Origin: Felis catus
Lineage: Eukaryota
Assembly (NCBI RefSeq): GCF_018350175.1
Contig: NC_058376.1
Span: forward strand, 57,660,001 to 57,724,000
DNA length: 64,000 bases
Direction: 5' to 3'
Position 1 is the stretch's first letter. The number at the start of each line of letters is the position of its first letter. A program made the position numbers and the translations under genes. Of the stretch, positions 11,342 to 25,130 are shown in pieces. The notes under the pieces are model-generated. The model saw nothing but the letters and a program-made list of their open reading frames with translations. It was not told the origin of the DNA and did no database searches.

Positions 11342-11653
11342 CTAGCACTGTCCAGTAGAAATATAATATGAGCCATACACAGAATTTTAAGTTATCCTTA
11401 TGCCACATTAGAAATAGTAAAAGGAACAGGTGAAATTAACCTTAATCATGTATTTTATTTAACACAGTATAACCAAAATATCATTTCACTGTGCATTTGA
11501 TACTAAAAAATTGAGATATTTTACATTTTCCTTCCTAGTTAAGTCTTTGAAATTTGGTGTGTATTTTAACTTACAGATTGTTATTTAAACTAGCTGTATT
11601 TGATGTGCTCAGTAGTCACGTGTGGCTGGAGGCTACCATATTGGACAGTGCAG
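11342..11653. mobile_element. MER33-like hAT-Charlie DNA transposon fossil
   Basis: Terminal inverted repeats ctagcactgtccagta ... tattggacagtgcag with a MER33-like interior. Confidence 0.75.
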
Positions 11654-13165
11654 GCCTAAACTATATGTGTCTCTGAAGTAGGTAATGCCCGTCTCTGGTC
11701 CTTACTCATAAGGCCTAAAATAATATTACTCTTCCTGCCTACCTAGTGAAATTCTGAAATAGCTGGTTTAAGATCAGTTTTCTCTGTGAAGCCTTCCCTC
11801 ACCACTTCTTGACTAAAGTGAGCTTTTCTTCTTTCTAGTTACTCTTACATTTGTTATGTAGTATTTAATTATAAGTTGTTTTGTAATGTGTGCTCTTTTC
11901 AGTAGAGATCTTGCCTCATGCTTCATTGTATGTATCATAACAAGTATTGTAATAAACAAAGATTATTTTTCAAACTATATAGATTTTATTAACATTTGCT
12001 TTTTTGCCCATTAATAACTGTTTAAGGAATTGACCAAATTTGCTGTAACATAATTGGCATGAAGAGAATACTTGGTTAGGATTTCATCTTCCATATTGAA
12101 GTAAAATAATGAAATAAAATAGAATAATAGCTATAATAAGTAACTATGAAACTTTTGTGAACTTGATTTTATTTCTTATCTGATCCTAGATATCTTTCAT
12201 TCCTTAGTCCCTGGACGCCTACCCTCTTTTGTGTTTAATAATGTGACATGTGGTCATTAGAGGAAAAAGCACACACATTCTGTTCACTTTTTTTTTCCTT
12301 CATGTTTTTAGGTTTAGAGCAATGTTTGCCAAAGTGTTTCTGTTGAATTCAAGTCTCAGAAGATATGTTTCTGGGATAAAATACTGTGGTTAAATAGACT
12401 TGGGAATGGAAAAAAAACCAGCTATATAACCCGCTTATGTAAAGTCACTATATACATTAATATACTAATAGCTTAAAAATTATTCCATAAAATATACTGT
12501 TTTACAAACTAATTAAAAAAAATCTTTTTTGTGTAATACCTGTTACATTGCAGAAGCTATGTTGTACAGAACACACTCAGAAGTATATCCCTAGAGGGAT
12601 TTGTATATTTGATATTATTCCTATTTTGACAGTTCTATTCCTACTTTCCTATATGGGAGGGAGTGAATACATACATATTGTCTAATAAGCTAGAAGAGGT
12701 TGGTAAGTTTTAAAGATGTTGCTTGATGAGATAGTTCTTCATTGGCTTTTCTTTTTTTCTAAAAATTCATTTTTGCTATCTTTAGGTTTGTGTCTTTATT
12801 CCCCATTGTCTTACCCATTTTGAATCGAGATGTTTGCAAAATTGATCTTCTAGGAGGAATACAGTTTTTTTCCTTTGGTATTGTAAAAGCAGCTGTGCAT
12901 TATTTATCTCAGGGCATATGTAGTTTAAACAGCTTATGTGTGACATGCCTCACTTTGTGTATATCACATCTCACCCTGAATTTGAATTTTCAAAATAAAG
13001 TGTAAGATTAAGATACCTAATCTGTTTTGTAATGGAAATATGTCAGTGTTGTTATTGGGAAGGACCTGAAAAAACCAAGAGGCAATTATAAATATAGGTG
13101 CATACAACTATGACTCCAACTCAGTGTTGAGAACATTGTATACAATTAATAATGTGCTTGATGCC

Positions 13166-13378
13166 TTTTTTTTTTTTTTAATGTTTATTTATTTTTGAGA
13201 GAGACAGAGTGCAAGCAGGGGAGAGGCAGAGAGAGAGAGGGAATCACAGAATCTGAATCAGGCTCCATGCTTTGAGCTGTCAGCACAGAGCCTGACTTGG
13301 GACTTGAACTCATGAGCCATGAGATCATGACCTGAGCTGAAGTCTGACGCTCAACCGACTGAGCCACCCAGATGGCCC
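13166..13378 (-). mobile_element. CAN-SINE
   Basis: Full-length antisense copy; imperfect TSD tgtgcttga at 13153 and 13379. Confidence 0.92.
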
Positions 13379-15324
13379 TGTGCTTGACCCTTCTAATGTC
13401 TTCACTTTAGAGGAAAACCAAAAATGTTAATGAAATAGTAGTATTGGTGAACTGTGGTTCACAATCATATTCATATAGTAACTATTTCTATGTGTTATCC
13501 ATGATAGACATGATTGTCATTATTACTAGATTATCTTAGGCTGTTTTGAAACTTATTAATATGATTTCTAATTTAGTCTTAGCTACTGTGGGCTAGATTA
13601 AGATTCATTTCATAAGTGTCCTGTCATTATGAACTCCAAATTCCCTTCTAATTTGATTCAGATTAGAGATAATCATTCATGGCTAGAAGTTCAATTTAAA
13701 TATTGGCTAAGTCACACCATTAAACTGTCTAGTTTTTAAATGTGCTTAGGGATACCCTGGTTACTTTATTTTAAATGCAAAATTTTTAAAAGCTTCTCTA
13801 TTTTATTTATTTTTTATTGAAGAGATTCAAGTGGGAGAAGGTACTTTACTACAGTTTTATCCTTCTCATTACGGACATAGGGCTAGAACATCATAGCATT
13901 TTTCACTAAACCATGAGTTTGCATATGTTAATGTCTCTAGCAGCTGTTCTGAACCTCAGATTTCTGCTTGTTAAAGTTAAGAGATAAAAAATTACCACGA
14001 ACAAAAACCTTGAATAACATGTTCAAATAATCCGCTTGTATTTACTGTCAACTTTTATAGTAGCTTCTCCATTCCTATAAGCATTGTAAGTGTATGATTA
14101 TAAATCTATGATTATTTTATACAGCTTTGGCTAGTTCATCTGAAAACCAGAATGAACTTTAATATTGAAGTATAATGGTAAGGAATTCCTATTCTCTTTC
14201 AAATTGTTACTTCTGTTTGTTGTACGCTAGTACAATGTCAAAGATTTATTTATTTTTTTCTTTTAAAGCTGGTATAGCTTCTATGGTTACCGGACTGATT
14301 TTGAATAATAAAAGAAGGCATATCAAGGCCAGAATTAATAACACTAATGAAGACACCTATTCTTAGGAAGAAATAAGGCTGGTTAACTATTGACATTCTT
14401 TTCCACATTTAAGATTGTGAAAACCATTTCAAGTTTTAGATTCGTAAGAGTTAGCAATTTTTGGTGGCTATTTTGAAGCCATGCATTGCTTATCAAACTT
14501 ATTTTTCCGTATGTGTATAAAAGGATCTGGACATTGACACAGTTATATTGATTGTGAAAATGTTTAAATATATAAGTAGTTGGCGAAATTTGTATAGAGC
14601 ATGCAAAAAAAGTCTCTTGCCTTGTAAAAGTTTGAATCCTAACAACATCTGCTAAAATATAAAAACAACTCTGAAATTGCCTAAGAAAAATGCAGATCTT
14701 TGAGGATACTACTATTGCTTTGCTGCCCTCTACAGTCATCTAAAATAATCGCTCTTGATTTTTCTTCCATCAGATGATTAAAATACTTACGTGACCTGTG
14801 AGTCGGTTGAGTAATATTTACTGTTAAAATATATTTTTTAGTTAGTCACAATAGTTGATCCATACCTATAATGCAAAAACTAAAGGACTTAGAATTGGAG
14901 CAGGGGATAAATTGGGGACTGAGCGTAAATCAGAAAATAGGTAAAACAACACCAACTGAGAGCTAGGTGGTTAGAAGATATCACAGTGAAATAAGACATG
15001 GTGGTTGGTCCCAAGTTTATAGACCTATTGGTAAGACTAACTGTATGTTAAAATATATACAAAAAAGGTGTTTGTAAAAACGTTGCAAGTAGTATGGTAC
15101 AGCCTAAAAGAAAGATCAGTAAGACCTGGAAGAGTCAAGGAAAGCTAAGTAGAGGAGACGAAACTTTTGAGTTGTGTCTTCAAGAATGGATTAAATTCAG
15201 ACAAGTAAAACAGGGTTATATTAAAACACAAAGGATCTGTTACACAGAAAGGGCTATGCAAGGGGCCTTGGAGTCTTTGCACTTAATAAATGTAAATTTT
15301 AATTGTTAGGAGATTTGGAATTAG

Positions 15325-15326
<2 letters not shown>

Positions 15327-15368
<42 letters not shown>
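15327..15368. repeat. (GT)21 microsatellite
   Basis: Direct count. Confidence 0.95.
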
Positions 15369-15372
<4 letters not shown>

Positions 15373-16181
15373 TAAGTCCAGTTACTTAGCCTCTCTGCCT
15401 GTTTCATCCCTAAAAAATTGGCGAAGTACTTCATTTACAGAGTTGCTGTGAAAATTAAATGAACTCCTTAAACTGCACGATATAGTGCTTTATAAATACA
15501 ACTAACAATAATGCAAGGGAAAGTGAATTGTCTTACATTAGAAATATAAAAGTATTGTGGGATTATAGAAGAAGGAGCAGTTTTAGTGGCAATGGAAGAA
15601 GACTTAATAGAAGGCCTAATTTTGTAGCTGAACCTTGAGGGAAGAATTTAGATTTCCATTTGTGAGGGAAATTCAAAGAGAAAGAGGGCATTCCAGGCTG
15701 AAAAGATCACTGGACTGAGAATTCTGTGGAAGGAATGTTCCCGTGTGGTTCAAGCATGAGCTTTTTGTAGGGAAGTCATGGATTTTTAAATACTTTACTG
15801 ATGCTGAGGAGAATGTGTATGGTAGGCAGTGAGGAGCTTTTGAAGGCAAGTAACTACTGAATCTGTCTGATTTGAGGATGTTGTATTGCTCTGATCACAG
15901 TGTATAAGATATATTGGAGATATGAGAGACAAAAAGGAATAGCCATTATAATCGTTCATGGAAGAGAAGGTTGTGAAGACAAATAGCATTTTGGTAGAAG
16001 GCTTGAATGGAGTGATGGATCTAGTGTTTGGATATCATAGTGGGTGAGAAAGGAAGAGTTGGATCTGAACTTAATGCTTCTCTTTTGAATGGCTAGAAAA
16101 GTATGGTAAAGGTATTAATTAGTTTTAGTCCAGTAACATTTTGGAGGCAATTAAATTGCGGTATCTTTGGGACATATTTTA

Positions 16182-16690
16182 TTTTTTTTATTTTTTTATT
16201 TTTTTAATGTATGAAATTTATTGTCAAATTGGTTTCCATACAACACCCAGTGCTCATCCCAAAAGATGCCCTCTTCAATGCCCATCACCTACCCTTCCCT
16301 CCCTCCCCCCCCCCCCCCCCATCAACCCTCAGTTCTCAGTTTTTAAGAGTCTCTTATGCTTTGGCTCTCTCCCACTCTAACCTCATTTTTTTTTCCTTCC
16401 CCTCCCCCATGGGTTTCTGTTAAGTTTCTCAGGATCCACATAAGAGTGAAAACATATGGTATCTGTCTTTCTCTGTATGGTTTATTTCAGTTAGCAATAA
16501 CACTCTCTAGTTCCATCCATGTTGCTACAAAGGGCCATATTTCATTCTTTCTCATTGCCACGTAGTACTCCATTGTGTATATAAACCACAATTTCTTTAT
16601 CCATTCATCAGTTGATGGACATTTAGGCTTTTTCCACAATTTGGCTATTGTTGAGAGTGCTGCTATAAACATTGGGGTACAAGTGCCTTA
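16182..16690 (-). mobile_element. 5'-truncated carnivore/felid LINE-1 (ORF2 C-terminus plus 3' UTR)
   Basis: Antisense [40 protein letters not shown] is an L1 ORF2p C-terminus; poly-T tail; TSD gggaCatatttta (16169) / gggaAatatttta (16691). Confidence 0.92.
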
Positions 16691-17141
16691 GGGAAATATT
16701 TTAGAGCTGTAGTTGGAAATTTATTATGAGATGGTGGAAATAATATGTGGAGTTGGGAATTACCAGGATTGAGATATTGGGAATAGATGAATTTTTAGAG
16801 AGAAGGCAGAGGGGGAGGAGAGAAGGAGGGAGAAGAGAAGGAAGAAAGGAAAGAGAAGTGGGCAGGGGGCTGGGAAAAATTGTCAAGGTTGAGGTATTTT
16901 AATTGGATAAGAAGGAGGGAGAGGGGAAATCATCTGGAAAAAAAACTTACTTGATAAATAGACCAATATATTTAGTAGTTAAGAGGAGTGCATGGATGAC
17001 CCAGTAATTTAGTAAAAGTGGTTAGGAGAGGTCAAATTCCAAAAAGTTAACAAATGAGGGGACGGTGAAGAAGTAGTAAGGTATGGCCCACTCTTGGGAA
17101 AGAGAAAGAGTAATTTGATGGGGGAAGAATAATGTATCAGT

Positions 17142-17240
17142 TGTTATGGGCTGAATGTTTGTCATCCCCAAATTGAGATATTGAAGCCCTAATTCCCAAT
17201 GTGATGGCATTAGGAAGGGTTCTTTGGGAGGCAGTTAGAT
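17142..17240 (+). mobile_element. 5' fragment of a MaLR LTR (MLT1/MST-like)
   Basis: tgttatgggctgaatgtttgtc...gaagccctaattcccaatgtgatggcattagga matches the recalled MaLR LTR start. Confidence 0.65.
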
Positions 17241-17499
17241 ACCAGGTGGTTCGCGTACGGAAATCAGGACCCAAGGGAGGCTAGACATCTAGAACCATAC
17301 CCAGAACCACAGCCAAGATAATGTCAAGGGACAGTCTGTCAAGGTCATTGCTTTTTGCTTCTTGAGACACTGGAGGTTATATACAGCTTTGCCTCTTAGA
17401 CTGGCATTGCTGCTCTTAGAGATTGGATATTGTTATTACCATAGCACAAGGGACTATACTTTCCATGGGTATCCATTACAGAAAGTTGAAGGAAAGCTC

Positions 17500-17870
17500 T
17501 ATAAAAAAATTGACATATAGTTGACAGTGTTCTGTTAGTTTCAGGTGTACAACATAGTGATTCGACAGTTCTATACATTAGGCTGTGCTTACCACCATAA
17601 GTATAGTTACCATCTGTTACCATGCAATGTTATTATAATATTACTGGCTTTTTTGTTCCCTGTGCTATACTTATCATCCTCATGACTTATTTTATAACTG
17701 GAAGTTTATACCTCTTAACCCCTTCACCAGTTTTGCTCTTCCCTCCAACCCCCTAATGTTTGGCAACCACCACTTTGTTTTCTGTATTCATGATTCTATT
17801 TCTGTTAGTTCGTTTGTTCTGTTTTTTAGATTTCACATATAAGTGAAATCATATGGTAATTTGTCTTTGA
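17500..17870 (-). mobile_element. L1 3' fragment (L1MA/L1_Carn type)
   Basis: aattgacatatagttgac...ttagtttcaggtgtacaacatagtgattc...catataagtgaaatcatatgg. Confidence 0.75.
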
Positions 17871-19158
17871 TTTGAGTGAAAGGTGAACACAGCATTAGAC
17901 GATGTGAGGTATGAGCTTGTTTGAACAAGGCTGGAGATACTGATTGATGAAATCTTAAAACCTTTTATTGACATACTTTTACAGAAAAGTATTAATGGTA
18001 AGTGTGCAGTTGGGTGAACTGTTACAAAATTAGCAACTCTGTGAAACCATCACCCTGGTCAAGAAATAAATTTACTGGCACTCTAGAAGCTCCCTCACAC
18101 TCTTTCCAGTCACACATCTGTCTCCCTGAGCAATAACCACAATTCTGACTTTAACTCCATAAATTTGTTTTGTTTTTTTAACTTTATATAATATTTTTCT
18201 GCTGATGTTGTGAAATTCATGTTGTTGCGTGTAACATTTTTTTTAACACTACTGTGCAGTATTCTGTCCTGTCACCATCCATAATTTATCAGTTTTAATG
18301 TTGGACAGAAATTTGGGATGTTTTCAGTTTGAGGCTTTTATGAATGGTACTACCATGAACATCATTTTATTTCTCTTTTGGTGGTAGAATTGCTGGTTCA
18401 TTTTATGCATGTTTTTGTTGAATAAGTTTACTAAACAGTAACAATTTATACTTCCAATCAGTAGCTTGTAAGACTCATTTGCTCCACGTCTTCACCAGCC
18501 CTTTGTAATGTCAGTACTTTTTCTTAACCATTCTGAGCAGTATGCAGTGGTATAACATTGTGATTGTAGTTTGTATTTCCTTGATGGTTGGGATCTAAGG
18601 ATTTGCACCATTTTGAATATCCTCTTGTGAAATGCCCGTTGGTTTTTATCCCATTTTATTCAGTTGTATTGTCTTTTGTCTTTTTACGGATCTGTTGGAT
18701 TTGTTAATGTATGCTACGTATGAACCCTAATATGTATTACAAATATCTTCTCCTACTTTGGTCTTTTCACTCTATTGATGGTGTCTATAGATGAACAGAA
18801 GTTCTTTAATAATTATCCAGGTAGCCAAAACCAATCTTTGTCTTTATAATTAATTCTTTGCCTTATTTACAATATCTTTCTCTAGTGCATTATCATGAAA
18901 ACATTTTCCCTAGGAGTTTTATCATTTTGCCTTTACTGTGATTCATCTAGAATTTGTTTTTTGTGATTATTAGGTAGGATCCATATTTTTTCTTCATTTA
19001 CTATCCAGTTGACCATCACCGTTTTTGGAAAGAACCTATTGTGCAGTGCTGCCTTTATAATAAATCAAGCAGCTGTCCATGCCTGGGTTTATTTTGGGGC
19101 TCTCTTCTTCATTCCATTTGTCCACTTTGCTATCTTGGCACAAATGTCATAATATCTT

Positions 19159-19375
19159 GGGACGCCTGGGTGGCTCAGTGGGTTAAGCGGCCGACTTGGG
19201 CTCAGGTCATGATCTCGCGGTCCGTGAGTTCGAGCCCCGCGTCGGGCTCTGTGCTGACAGCTCAGAGCCTGGAGCCTGTTTCAGATTCTGTGTCTCCCTC
19301 TCTCTGACCCTCCCCCGTTCATGCTCTGTCTCTCTCTGTCTCAAAAATAAACGTTAAAAAAAGTTTAAAAAAAAA
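19159..19375 (+). mobile_element. CAN-SINE, relatively young (CpGs retained)
   Basis: gggacgcctgggtggctcagtgggttaagcggccgac...(CT)n...aataaacgttaaaa; partial TSD gtcataat. Confidence 0.95.
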
Positions 19376-19420
19376 GTCATAATTATATCTCATTATAGCT
19401 CTATTATTTGTTTATTTGAA

Positions 19421-19584
19421 TTTTAACATTTATTTATTTTTGAGAGAAAGAGCAAGATAGAGTACGAGCGGGGGGAGGTGCAGAGAGAGGGAGGGAGGGA
19501 CACAGAATCCGAAGCAGGCTCCAGGCTCTGAGCTGTCAGCACAGAGCCTGACGCAAGACTTGAACCCACAAGCTGTGAGATCAT
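19421..19584 (-). mobile_element. CAN-SINE, 5'-truncated
   Basis: T-tail and body present; stops at gagatcat and lacks the tRNA head. Confidence 0.9.
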
Positions 19585-22500
19585 CTTGATGTTGGGTAGA
19601 GTAAGTCCACCTATTTGTTCAAGTTTAATGTGGCTAGTCTTGGTCCATTTCTTTTCTGTATAAATTTTAGTAGCAGCTTATCAATTGCCACAAAAAACCT
19701 ATAGGGATTTTTTATTGTGAGTACATTAAATCTGTATGAATTAATGTAGGGCTAAATAGACGTCTTTATACTGAATCTTTCAACCTGTGAATCTGGTTTA
19801 TCTCGCTATTTACCTAGGTTTTCTCTACATTTCCCATAAAACTTTGTTTTTTTTCTGTGTCTAGGTCTTGCATCACTATAAATTTTTTATTACATTTAAT
19901 CTACTCAATTAAAGATTCAAGTTACTTGTTTTTTGATATTACTATAAATGATATTTTAAAATATTACTAATTGCAGGCATATAAAATCTAATGCTTTAGT
20001 TTAGGTATCGTGATCTTACATCCAGAGACTGTGCTAACTTCATTTATTTCTAATACTTAGTCAAATCTTTTGGATCTTCCATCTACAGAGTCATGCCATC
20101 TGTAAAAAGTGAAAGCCTGTTTTTTTTTTTCATTCCTTATACTTTTTTTTTTCTTTTCCTTTGCTTGTATGCTCTGGAGCATCATAGCTCCACTATGATG
20201 TTAAATTAAAGTGGTGATTGCGGGCATCATTGTCTGATTCCTAATCTCAGAGGTAAAACAGTCTTCAACATTTCAAAATTAAGTATGATTCTTGTAGTTT
20301 TTTTTTTTTTAATAGAATCTTTATCAGATTAGGAAAGTTTCTATTCCTAGTTTGCTAAGAATTTTTGTCATAAATGGTGTTTACTTTTATCAAATACTAT
20401 ATCTTAATTTTGAGATGATTAGAGGATTTTTTTCCTTTTTTTAATATGGTGAATTACATTTAAAAAATGTTAAACCATCTTTGTGTTTCTGGAATAATCA
20501 CGGTTTAGTTTTGATGAATTATATATTTTATTATATCACTGGATTCAATTGACTATTATTTTCTTTATTTTTTTTCTTCATCTATATTTATCAGTTGTCC
20601 TGGAATATTCCTTTCTTATGATCTTGCCAAACTTTGGTATCAAAGTTATGGTGTGCTCAAAAAAACTGAGAAGTATTACACCTTTATTGTCCTGTGTATG
20701 AGTTTAAGATTGGTATTATTTTTCTCTTTAAGTGTTGGGTAGAATTCATAGGTAAAGCCATCTGGGCCTGGAATATTTTTTGTGGGAAGGATTTTTATTT
20801 GTAGATTCCATTTTTTAATAATTATGGTACTTAGATTTTCTATCTTCTGTGTCACTTTTGACTCATTCTGTTTTTCTAGGGATTTGTCAGTTTCTTGCTT
20901 TCAATTCTAATGACATGAAGTTTTTCTTAATGTCCTCTTACTACCTTTATTTATTCTTTTTTTAATACCTGAAGGATCTGTAGCAATGCTGCCTCCCCCC
21001 CTTTTCATTTCTTTTATTTGTAATTTGTGTTGTCTTGGTTTCTGGATCAGTCTTGCCAGGAGTTTATCAGTTTTATTATAAGGACTTACCAAAGAACCCA
21101 CCTTTGATTCATTGTTGATCCTATTTTATGTTTGTTTTCTATTTCATTATTTTCCTGGTCCGTATTTCCTTTGACTTTTTTTGGAGAGTTTATTTCCTAT
21201 CTCTTTTCTATTTCTTGAGATGAATAGTTAGATTATTGATTTGCAGCCTTTCTCTTTTTCTTATATATGCATTTGAGCCTATTTTTCCCTTTAATTATGA
21301 CTTTATCTGCATTGTATGCAAATAAATGTTTAAAACATGAAAAAATTTCCATGTGATTTTTTTTGAGTCTTGGATTATTTTGAAAATTATTACTTAACTA
21401 GATACATGAAGATATTTTAGTTACCTTAGTTTTTGATTTTTAGCATAATTACACTGTGTTAAAGAACTTGTGTCTGGTTTCAGTCTTTGGAAATAGCATT
21501 AGGTCAATGTTGATAATTCCATGTATACTTACACAGAATGTATATTGCTTTTGTTGGGTAATTGTTTTCTTACTTTGTATATATCAAGTAGGTCAAGTTG
21601 GTTGCATTGTACAAGTAATAAGTCTTTATCCTTTCTAATTTTTTCCCCTGCTTTTTCAGTTAATTACTGTGAAGTGTATTAAAATCATATTCCATGATGT
21701 GGATTTGTCTTTTTTTTTTTTCCAATTCTCTGAAGTTTTTTGCTATATGGTTTGAGGCTGAGTTATGAGGTACAATTAAATTGGAATTTTTCTATCTCTG
21801 GCACTTGACTCTTTTATCATTATTAAATAGTCCTCTATCTCTAGCAATACTACTTTCTTTAAAGTCTACTTTTTCTGATTTTTAGTATGGCTACATTACG
21901 TTTATTTTGGTTAGTGTTTGCATTGTATCTTTTCCCCAACTTTTACTTTCATCCTTTTTGTACTCTTAAATTTAAGTGTGCCCCTTGTAAGCGGCATGTA
22001 ATTTTTAAATCCAGTCTGCTAAGCTTTGTCTTTTATTTGACATATCTAGTTATCTCTGATTAATTAGTCCCTTATATATTTGGGCGTAAATCTATATTAC
22101 ATCTTGGTTTTCTACTTGTGCATATGTTTTTTGTTTTATTCATATATTCATTGCTTTCCTTTGTAGTAGTTATTTTTCATTCCTTTTCCCCCCTTGCTAA
22201 ATTTCAGTGGCTACTTTAGATATTACAAAATACATCCTTGACTTTATTAAAGTGCAGTATAAATTACTATGAATATTACTCCTTTTTAGACAATACAGGG
22301 ACCATCAAACCCTTTAACTCTATCCTTATTTTGCTGTTAGTGCTAGTGTCTGTGTATGTGTATCCCATACAGCAATCGTTCATTTAGTTTTTCCAATATG
22401 CTTACTTTTTCTATAGTTCTTTCTCTCTGCATCTTGTAGTTTCCATCTGGAATTCTCTTAACTTCTGCCTGAAAAACATCCTTGTATTTTCTTTAGTGTG

Positions 22501-22634
22501 AATCTGCTAATTTATTTTGCCTGAAATTTCTTTATATAAATATATAACAGCTTTACTGATGTAATTCACATATCATATGCTTTACTGACTTAAAGCGCAT
22601 AATTAAAAATTTTTTATTAAAAAAAAATTTTTTT

Positions 22635-22798
22635 GGGGGCGCCTGGGTGGCTCAGTCGGTTAAGCGTCCGACTTCAGCTCGGGTCACGATCTCGCGGTCC
22701 GTGAGTTCGAGCCCCGCCTCGGGCTCTGGGCTGATGGCTCAGAGCCTGGAGCCTGCTTCCGATTCTGTGTCTCCCTCTCTCTCTGCCCCTCCCCCGTT
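22635..22798 (+). mobile_element. Young CAN-SINE lacking its 3' tail
   Basis: CpG-rich, with the gggctgatgg variant; ends at cccccgtt, fused to the antisense copy. Confidence 0.92.
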
Positions 22799-23001
22799 TA
22801 TTTATTTTTTGGGACAGAGAGAGACAGAGCATGAACGGGGGAGGGGCAGAGAGAGAGAGAGAGAAACACAGAATCCAAAGCAGACTCCAAGGCTCCAAGC
22901 TGTCAGCACCGAACCCAATGTTGGGCTCGAACTCATGAACTGCAGGATCATGACCTGAACCAAAGTTGGCCACTTAACCAACTGAGCCATCTAGGTGCCC
23001 C
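22796..23001 (-). mobile_element. CAN-SINE, antisense
   Basis: Body and head present; flanks aaagcgcataatt / aaagtgcaataatt suggest a degraded TSD. Confidence 0.9.
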
Positions 23002-25130
23002 TGAAAGTGCAATAATTCACGGTTTATAGTATATTCAGAGTTGTGCAACCATAACCACAGTCAATTTTAGAACATTTTCATCACTCTCTGCTCCCCTAAA
23101 AGCAATCATTCTCCCATTTTCCCTCACCTCTCCCAGTACTAGGCAATCATTATTAATATAATTTATGTTTTTATTGATTTACCTATTCTGTACATTTCAT
23201 ATAAATGTTATACAATGTGTGTTCTATGTCTGATATATTTCATTTAGCATAATGATTAGAAGGTTCATCCATATTTTGTATATATTGGAACTTCATTCTT
23301 TTTTATTGCCAAATTGTATCTATTGTGTGGCTATATCACATTTTATTTCTTCATCAGTTGATGAACATTTGCATTATTACCACTCTTTGCTATTATGAGT
23401 AATGTTGCTTTCTACATTCATGTATGACTTTTTGTGTGGACATATATTTTTATTTCACTTGAGTATTTAGCTTGGAGTGGAACCAGTGTAACTGTAACCT
23501 TTTGAGGAATTGCCGGTTTGTTTTGCAACGTGGCTATACTGTTAAATATTCTTACTAGCAGCACAGGCCACTCCAGATCTGTAGATGTTATGTAGTTTGG
23601 TTGATGGGTCAGTTGTGGGTGACGGGGGCTAGGTTTGTCTGGGAGTGACCTGAATTTTATGTCTTGGAAGAAGAAAAGAGAAGTAATAGCATCAAAAGTA
23701 GGAACCAGAAGGGCAAAAGAATAACACAGTCCCGGGAGGGTGAGCATCACACCTGGAATTAGGTGAGAACCAGGAATTAGGAAAGGAGCTATGTGCTGTG
23801 GGGAGTTTGGGCAGGTGTTTGGCAGCATTTCTGGAAGCTTAAAGTCCTGGTGACCCAGATTTTGTATTTTATTCTTTTCTCCCCACTCTTAGAAACAAAG
23901 GCAGGCTTATTGTTCAAATCCAAGGTCAAAATGTTTCCTTAGAATTTTGAATTCTGCCATTTCCTACATGGTCTCTATTAGTTTTAGGAAAAGCAGCTCT
24001 TTTCTTGTGCCCAAACCATTCCACCAAAAACTTGTGGGGCAGTTCCCCTGTGGTGAAAAATTCTGTCCTGATCTGTACTCAGGGCTGCAGCACATTAGAA
24101 TGAACACTTACTAGCTTCTAATCTGTGCACACGATTGTACAGAAAGATGTGTAGGCCCTTCTGAGAAGCTAGTCTTTGGCTGTGAATGTGAAAGGTAGAT
24201 ACTGACTCTGTCTTACCCCTTACCACAGATCTCTGTGGGCCAGCCACCCCCAGGAGTGTGAACCGCTGGTTCTATGAGGGAGTATACCCAAAGAAGGACA
24301 GAGTTGGAAGAGGTTCAGACTTTGAGAAGGTATATGGTTCAGGCCACCTGATAGTAGAGAAGGCTGGAGCTGGTTTGGAGTTATTACAAGGAATAAGCTA
24401 TTTTCTGGGAGTGCAGGTGGTGGTATGAGTGTGTAGTGGGAGTTCTGGTGCTAGTGGGGAAGTAGACTTTTGAGAACATTTGGGCAGCATGGAGTCTCTG
24501 GTTTCTGTGTTATGAGAACAGAGGGAGGGTTATTGCCTGGCTGACGCTTCAAGGTTGTAGGGGGACTGAGTTCTGGACACATGGCTGGGACTGGCTCTAC
24601 CCAGTGTTCTCATACCCATGCTGCTGACTCCTAGTCTGCATTGGACATGGCAAGAGAGTCTCTTCCTCCTGCAGAATTCTTATAGTGCCATCTTCTGAGA
24701 AAGCTCAATGCCATATTTATATGAAAGGAGAAGTACTTAAAGGAATTCCATTTTTCAGAGAGGAAAATGGTGGTACATTTGGAGTTGACTGTCAAGAAGT
24801 TGATCACACATGCATCTCCATAGTGTAAAGGTACTTTAAAGGTACTTAAGATTAGAAGCTAAGTATTATGTGTTTTGTGTATCTCTTAAGCCAAATGAAA
24901 TGAAACATGTCTATATTAATGCTTTTCTAGAAACTTTGAGAACTATAGATTCATATAAATAAAACATTTTAATTTAAATATTTAGAAAGTATATGGAATG
25001 TAGAAACATTACGTGTAATTCTTTTTAAATTTTTACTAGTCTGATTTTTGAATGTTACAGCTTGCACTAGCTTTTGACTTAGGTGCGATACTCTGCAGAT
25101 GCTGATTTACTGCTTTAGGATACCAAATTT

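Larger units (their letters stand above)
17960..22500 (-). mobile_element. Long degenerate old LINE-1 (L1M class), interrupted by SINEs
   Basis: T-rich antisense L1 motifs (gccatctgggcctggaatattttttgtgggaagg; ttgctaagaatttttgtcataaatgg); decayed ORF2 peptide in the ORF track at 20907-21101. Confidence 0.7.
22530..23570 (-). mobile_element. L1MB-like 3' fragment interrupted by a SINE pair
   Basis: cagctttactgatgtaattcacatatcat...[SINEs]...ttatagtatattcagagttgtgcaaccataaccacagtcaattttagaacattttc. Confidence 0.7.

Noticed and set aside
16487-16672. ORF with a real protein-like sequence ([14 protein letters not shown]...)
   Set aside because: L1 ORF2p C-terminal remnant in a 5'-truncated copy with an apparent frameshift; the same applies to 61280-61552 and 63780-63995. 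Not a gene.
22647-22990. Recurrent ORFs starting MAQSVKRPTS... (also 13185, 19041, 31539, 57646)
   Set aside because: Translations of CAN-SINE sequence, repeated because the SINE is repeated.
23590-24850. Purine-rich, moderately GC stretch in intron 1 that could be a hidden exon or gene
   Set aside because: No credible ORF or splice pair; probably unresolved old LTR or L1 5' sequence, which I cannot assign without a repeat search.
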